From NCBI GenBank assembly GCA_044356295.1, contig JBIKWN010000026.1, positions 1 to 31,971 of the forward strand: a DNA stretch of 31,971 nt, read 5' to 3'. The notes beneath the pieces are model-generated. The model saw only the letters and a program-made list of their open reading frames with translations. It did no database searches and was not told the origin of the DNA. Below, piece after piece: positions 27,224 through 31,971 of the stretch. A program made the position numbers and the translations under genes. The stretch is from Bdellovibrionota bacterium. GTDB lineage: Bacteria > Bdellovibrionota_C > UBA2361 > JBIKWN01. How positions within the stretch are numbered: the first letter of the stretch is position 1; each line of letters begins with the position of its first letter.

Positions 27224-29266
27224 ATGAAACCACAAAGTTACGCACAAGGTGAATGGCATACTGGAAGTGGCAAAAGCATGCCGTTGTTCAATGCGGTCAC
27301 AGGAGACGCAATCGGCGAAGTCATTAGTGGAGGACTCGATTATCAAGGGATGCTCCATTATGCACGCACTGTTGGTGGAGCTGCACTGAGAAAGATGACT
27401 TTTCATGATCGTGCCAGACTCTTAAAAAAACTTGCACTCTATCTTATGGAGCAAAAAGATCAGTTCTATAAGATCTCTGCATTTACCGGTGCCACAAAAG
27501 CAGATTCATGGATTGATATTGAAGGCGGTATCGGTGTTCTTTTTACATATGCAAGTCGTGGACGTAGAGATTTTCCAAATGAAACAGCATATGTTGATGG
27601 TGCACTAGAGAATCTTTCTAAAACTGGAAGCTTTGTTGGGCTTCATGTGTGTACTCCGATGTTAGGGGCAGCGCTTCATATCAATGCATTTAATTTTCCG
27701 GTCTGGGGGATGCTTGAAAAAATTGCTGCTAACCTTATTGCCGGAGTCCCTGCAATTGTAAAACCTGCAACAGTGACCTGTTATTTAGCAGAAGCAGTTT
27801 TTAAAAGTATGATTGAATCAAAGATATTTCCTGAAGGTTCTCTGCAACTTATTTCAGGAAGTGCTGGTGACATATTTGATCATTTAGGATGCGAAGATAT
27901 CGTGACCTTTACTGGCTCAGCAGAAACAGGCAAAAAATTAAAAAGCCATCCAGGAATAGTAAATAATTCTATTCGATTCAATATGGAAGCTGATTCACTC
28001 AACTGTTCTATTCTTGGAAGTGATGTGACTCCAGATAGTGAAGAGTTTGAGATTTTTATTAAAGAAGTTGCACGCGAAATGACAGTGAAAGCTGGACAGA
28101 AATGTACTGCTATTAGACGTACAATTGTACCAGCATCTTTAGTCGAACCAGTAACAGCAGCACTCAAGAAAAGATTAAGCCAAGTAAAGATTGGAGATCC
28201 CCAAGCAGAAGGGGTCCGCATGGGCCCACTTGCTGGATTGGATCAGTTAAAAGAAGTTAGAGCAAAAATTTCAGAGATTCAAAGCGGTGCACAAATCTTA
28301 CTAGGCGCAGAAATAGATTTTGAAGTTATAGGCGCCGACAGGAATAAAGGTGCTTTCATATCACCAACTTTACTTTACTGCGATAAACCTTTTTCAAAAC
28401 TTCAACCGCATAACATTGAAGCGTTTGGTCCGGTTAATACAATTTTGCCGTATGCTACAGTGGATGAGGCAATTGAATTGGCTCAGATGGGTAAAGGCAG
28501 CCTTGTAGGGTCGTTAGTAACAGGGGACGACACTATCGCTAAAAAAGTTGCTCTCGGTGTTGCTCCGTATCACGGACGCTTAGTTATTCTAAATAAAGAG
28601 TGTACAAAAGAATCAACTGGACACGGATCCCCACTTCCACAGCTTGTTCACGGTGGACCAGGCAGAGCCGGCGGTGGAGAAGAAATGGGTGGAGCAAGAG
28701 CAGTTATGCATTACATGCAACGAACGGCACTGCAAGGATCACCGACAACCCTTGGAAAAGTTTGTAACGAATGGCTTAAAGGTGGTGTCGAGCTTCGCGA
28801 AAAAATTCATCCATTCAGAAAACATTTCGAAGAGCTACAAATTGGTGAAACCCTTATAACTGAAAAAAGAATAATTACAGAAGAAGATATCTTAAAATTT
28901 GCAGCACTCAGTGGCGATCATTTCTATGCCCATATGGAAGATTCAATCTCTAAAGAATCTATTTTTGGTCAACGAGTTGCGCATGGTTATTTTATTGTTT
29001 CTGCAGCAGCGGGGCTTTTTGTAGATCCTGCTCCTGGGCCTGTTCTTGCAAATTATGGTTTAGAAGGGCTTCGCTTTACTAAGCCTGTTTTTGTGAACGA
29101 TTCAATCTGTGTTCGATTGACCTGTAAAAAGAAGACTGCAAAGGATCCAAGAGAAGGCGAAATTCCGCAGGGAGTTGTTGAATGGGATGTCGAAGTTAAG
29201 AATCAAAATGATGAAGTTGTTGCTGTATATAGTATCTTAACATTAGTGAAGAGATTGGTTCATTAA
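27224..29266 (+). CDS. paaZ: Bifunctional oxepin-CoA hydrolase / aldehyde dehydrogenase PaaZ
   Basis: ALDH domain (HINAFNFPVWGMLEK, EADSLN, GQKCTAIRR) fused to a MaoC hydratase domain (SGDHFYAH, VAHGY). Confidence 0.96.
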   Translation: MKPQSYAQGEWHTGSGKSMPLFNAVTGDAIGEVISGGLDYQGMLHYARTVGGAALRKMTFHDRARLLKKLALYLMEQKDQFYKISAFTGATKADSWIDIEGGIGVLFTYASRGRRDFPNETAYVDGALENLSKTGSFVGLHVCTPMLGAALHINAFNFPVWGMLEKIAANLIAGVPAIVKPATVTCYLAEAVFKSMIESKIFPEGSLQLISGSAGDIFDHLGCEDIVTFTGSAETGKKLKSHPGIVNNSIRFNMEADSLNCSILGSDVTPDSEEFEIFIKEVAREMTVKAGQKCTAIRRTIVPASLVEPVTAALKKRLSQVKIGDPQAEGVRMGPLAGLDQLKEVRAKISEIQSGAQILLGAEIDFEVIGADRNKGAFISPTLLYCDKPFSKLQPHNIEAFGPVNTILPYATVDEAIELAQMGKGSLVGSLVTGDDTIAKKVALGVAPYHGRLVILNKECTKESTGHGSPLPQLVHGGPGRAGGGEEMGGARAVMHYMQRTALQGSPTTLGKVCNEWLKGGVELREKIHPFRKHFEELQIGETLITEKRIITEEDILKFAALSGDHFYAHMEDSISKESIFGQRVAHGYFIVSAAAGLFVDPAPGPVLANYGLEGLRFTKPVFVNDSICVRLTCKKKTAKDPREGEIPQGVVEWDVEVKNQNDEVVAVYSILTLVKRLVH

Positions 29267-29325
29267 ATGATGATTAAATACAATAGATTAAGATTCAGTA
29301 TGAGTTTTTTCGATAATTTTTTAAG

Positions 29326-29354
29326 TTGATGTCCTTCCCTATGGTTAGTACAAT
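29326..29354 (+). promoter_or_regulatory. Internal sigma70 promoter for paaABCD
   Basis: TTGATG-N17-TACAAT in the 129-bp paaZ-paaA gap. Confidence 0.6.
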
Positions 29355-29395
29355 TGAAGTAACTGATTCGAAAAGTAAAGAGTCATAGGTATATT

Positions 29396-30346
29396 ATGGA
29401 AGAACAATCACAATTAGATAATTTTGAAAAACGGATTGCTTCTGGTGAAGTAATAGAGCCTAAAGATTGGATGCCTGAAGCCTATAAAAAGCAACTTATC
29501 CGAATGATGTCCCAACATGCGCACTCTGAAATTGTAGGAATGCTTCCGGAAGGAGAATGGATTACTCGTGCTCCATCGCTTCGCAGAAAAAAAATCCTTA
29601 TTGCAAAAGTTCAAGATGAAGCAGGGCATGGGCTCTATATTTATAGTGGTGTAGAAACCCTGGGTTCTGACAGAGATCAATCAACTCGCGACTTGCTCGC
29701 TGGCAAAGCCAAGTATTCAAGTATTTTTAATTATCCAACTTTATCATGGGCTGATATCGGTGTTATCGGATGGTTCGTTGATGGTGCGGCAATTGTAAAC
29801 CAAACAATGCTTGCCAAGTGTTCATACGGTCCCTATGCACGTGCGATGGTAAGAATTTGCAAAGAAGAAAATTTTCATAAAAAGCAGGGCTATGAATTAA
29901 TTACTGCCCTCATGAACGGAACCGCTGAGCAAAAAGCAATGGCGCAAGATGCAGTCAACAGATGGTGGTGGCCATCATTAATGATGTTTGGACCAAGTGA
30001 TAAGGATTCCCCTAACACGCCACAGCTTTTAAGGTGGCAGATTAAGAAAAAAGGCAACGACGAGTTAAGGCAGCGATTTGTTGATTTAACTATTCCTCAA
30101 GCAAATGCAATTGGGATTACTCTTCCTGATCCTGATCTGAAATATAACGCAGAGCGTAAATCTTGGGATTTTGGTCAGATTAATTGGGATGAATTTAATA
30201 AAGTTGTACGAGGCGACGGTCCTTGTAATAAAGACCGTATACGAACACGGCAAGAAGCCTATGATAATGGTGCTTGGGTACGTGAAGCTGCTCTAGCCTT
30301 CGCCCAGAAACATGAAAATCAAAGGGACGTTCAACATGTCAACTAA
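29396..30346 (+). CDS. paaA: Phenylacetyl-CoA epoxidase catalytic diiron subunit
   Basis: [20 protein letters not shown], diiron motifs DEAGH and EENFH, and RWWWP. Confidence 0.97.
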   Translation: MEEQSQLDNFEKRIASGEVIEPKDWMPEAYKKQLIRMMSQHAHSEIVGMLPEGEWITRAPSLRRKKILIAKVQDEAGHGLYIYSGVETLGSDRDQSTRDLLAGKAKYSSIFNYPTLSWADIGVIGWFVDGAAIVNQTMLAKCSYGPYARAMVRICKEENFHKKQGYELITALMNGTAEQKAMAQDAVNRWWWPSLMMFGPSDKDSPNTPQLLRWQIKKKGNDELRQRFVDLTIPQANAIGITLPDPDLKYNAERKSWDFGQINWDEFNKVVRGDGPCNKDRIRTRQEAYDNGAWVREAALAFAQKHENQRDVQHVN

Positions 30347-30641
30347 TACTTCTGAAATAAGTAGTGAATGGCAGTTATGGGAAGTCTTTGTTCAAAGTGA
30401 ATATGGTGCTGCCCATGAGCATTTTGGATCAGTAAGGGCACCTGATAGAGAACTAGCACTTCAAAATGCACGAGACCTGTATGCTCGCAGGGGGACGGTT
30501 CTTAGTATGTGGGTTGTTCCTTCTAATGCTATTACAGCAAGTACACCTTCCGAGAATGGGATTTTTTTTGATCCATCAAATGATAAGCCGTACCGCAGCA
30601 CTCAATTTTATACAATTCCTCGAGGAGTGAAGGGCTTGTGA
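30336..30641 (+). CDS. paaB: Phenylacetyl-CoA epoxidase subunit B
   Basis: WEVFV, H.GSVRAPD.ELAL.NARDLY.RR and DKPYR. ATG at 30336 preferred. Confidence 0.93.
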   Translation: MSTNTSEISSEWQLWEVFVQSEYGAAHEHFGSVRAPDRELALQNARDLYARRGTVLSMWVVPSNAITASTPSENGIFFDPSNDKPYRSTQFYTIPRGVKGL

Positions 30642-31411
30642 TAGATAATTCAGCAGTATTTAAATATCTATTAAGATTAGGGGATGACAGGCTAGTCCTT
30701 GGGCAGCGTATTTCAGAATGGTGTGGTCATGGTCCAGTGCTTGAAGAAGATATTGCTCTTTCAAACATTGCTCTTGATCTGATTGGACAAGCGAGTTCCT
30801 TTTTAACATTAGCCGGAACTTTAGAAGCAAAGGGTAGAACCGAAGACGACCTTGCTTTTCACCGAGACTCGAGCCAGTTTTCTAATCTTCAATTAGTCGA
30901 ACAACCACGTGGTGATTTTGCAGAAACTATTGCAAAGCTTTTTCTTTTTAGCTCATTCTCCTTATTATTTTTTAAACATCTTAGTGCCTCGAAACATCCA
31001 GAAATTGCTTCACTAGCAGAAAAAGCAGGGAAGGAATACCAGTATCATCTTCGTCACAGTTCTGAGTGGATAGTACGGCTTGGTGATGGTACTGAAGAGA
31101 GTCATAAACGAATTCAAAATGCATTGAACCACTACTGGCAATTTTGTTCTGAATTATTTTATATGGATGAAATTGACGAAAAACTAATTCTTGAGGGTAT
31201 TGCCCCTGATATCAGTGCACTAAAAATAGAATGGACCTCTTCAATCAATCAAGTCTTAACACGTGCAACGCTGTCTGAAACTCCAAAAGATATCTTTTCA
31301 GAATCGCAACAAAAAAGAGAAGGAAGAAAAGGTATTCACACAGAATACCTACAAGAGATGCTCTCTGTAATGCAAGTACTTCCCAGAACATATCCAGATG
31401 CTCGTTGGTAA
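30638..31411 (+). CDS. paaC: Phenylacetyl-CoA epoxidase structural subunit C
   Basis: LGDDRLVLGQRISEWCGHGPVLEEDIA and WIVRLGDGTEESH. Confidence 0.95.
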   Translation: MIDNSAVFKYLLRLGDDRLVLGQRISEWCGHGPVLEEDIALSNIALDLIGQASSFLTLAGTLEAKGRTEDDLAFHRDSSQFSNLQLVEQPRGDFAETIAKLFLFSSFSLLFFKHLSASKHPEIASLAEKAGKEYQYHLRHSSEWIVRLGDGTEESHKRIQNALNHYWQFCSELFYMDEIDEKLILEGIAPDISALKIEWTSSINQVLTRATLSETPKDIFSESQQKREGRKGIHTEYLQEMLSVMQVLPRTYPDARW

Positions 31412-31420
31412 TGTCATCAT

Positions 31421-31912
31421 ATGATACCTACCGTTGAATCAATTTTTGAAATCTTACATGAAGTAAAAGATCCCGAGATTCCAGTCATAGATTGTATTGA
31501 ACTTGGTATTATCCGTAACGTTAAGATAATTGAAGATAAAGTTATTGTTGATATCACTCCAACCTATTCAGGATGCCCTGCAATGAAAGAGATTGAAGAT
31601 GATGTGAAAGCAACACTTCATAGGCATGGATTTGTGAATTCACAGGTAAACTTAGTATTTTCTCCGGCATGGACAACTGATTGGATTACAGAATCAGGTA
31701 AACAGAAATTAAAAGAGTATGGTATTGCTCCTCCTAAAAAAGTAAGTGATGAACCACAAAAATTATTTCAAATTGGTAAAAAAAATACCCAATGCCCATT
31801 TTGTAATTCAATGAGTACTGTTCTGAAGAGTGAATTTAGTTCAACTGCTTGCAAGGCGCTCCATTACTGTAACTCTTGTCAGCAGCCGTTTGAGAGGTTT
31901 AAGAGTCTCTAA
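31421..31912 (+). CDS. paaD: Phenylacetyl-CoA epoxidase maturation subunit D (DUF59 + Zn ribbon)
   Basis: DPEIP, TPTYSGCPA, PAWTTDW, CPFC...STACKA...CNSC..PF..FK. Confidence 0.95.
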   Translation: MIPTVESIFEILHEVKDPEIPVIDCIELGIIRNVKIIEDKVIVDITPTYSGCPAMKEIEDDVKATLHRHGFVNSQVNLVFSPAWTTDWITESGKQKLKEYGIAPPKKVSDEPQKLFQIGKKNTQCPFCNSMSTVLKSEFSSTACKALHYCNSCQQPFERFKSL

Positions 31913-31971
31913 ATTTTGTAACGCGAAGGTCGCCAAGTACGCCAAGGAAAAAAACAAATACTTCGCGTACT
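31910..31971. repeat. Hairpin element of (CGCGAAGnn)3 units, copy 2 (inverted relative to copy 1, truncated by window end)
   Basis: taaattttgtaacgcgaaggtcgccaagtacgccaag matches the reverse complement of 9154-9190 with 2 mismatches. The second arm begins cttcgcgtact. Confidence 0.85.

Noticed and set aside
988..29680. Numerous 60-146 aa ORFs nested in or antisense to long genes (e.g. 7519-7839, 16298-16738, 27880-28221)
   Set aside because: Shadow frames of well-supported genes, with no motifs or independent translation signals.

Overview
AT-rich bacterial chromosomal window. The gene mix (secreted S1 protease, orphan Flp pilin, sucCD, type II QueF) suggests a Bdellovibrionota/deltaproteobacterial-type organism, but this is inference only. 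Left part: sucCD, a stand-alone FliG C-terminal-domain gene, tRNA-Met(CAT), an S1 serine protease, a one-cysteine DksA, a Yip1 membrane protein, clpB, a TPP-riboswitch-controlled TonB-dependent receptor, queF, a Flp pilin and PBP1B. Centre: an orphan flagellin whose hypervariable region is replaced by seven ~49-aa FG-GAP/VCBS (integrin-alpha-like, Ca-binding) repeats, probably a complete 7-bladed beta-propeller displayed on the filament, with a CsrA-type GGA hairpin in its leader. A short secreted collagen-like protein and an APC permease follow. Right part: a fused E1(alpha+beta)-E2 2-oxoacid dehydrogenase pair divergent from a phenylacetyl-CoA catabolic cluster (paaG-H-J-Y-Z, paaA-B-C-D). 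No paaK is present in the window, which suggests direct phenylpyruvate to phenylacetyl-CoA entry. Three distinct types of small inverted-repeat elements occur (two of them in two copies), and one copy supplies the 3' ends of two convergent genes. No CRISPR array, integrase or transposase was seen.
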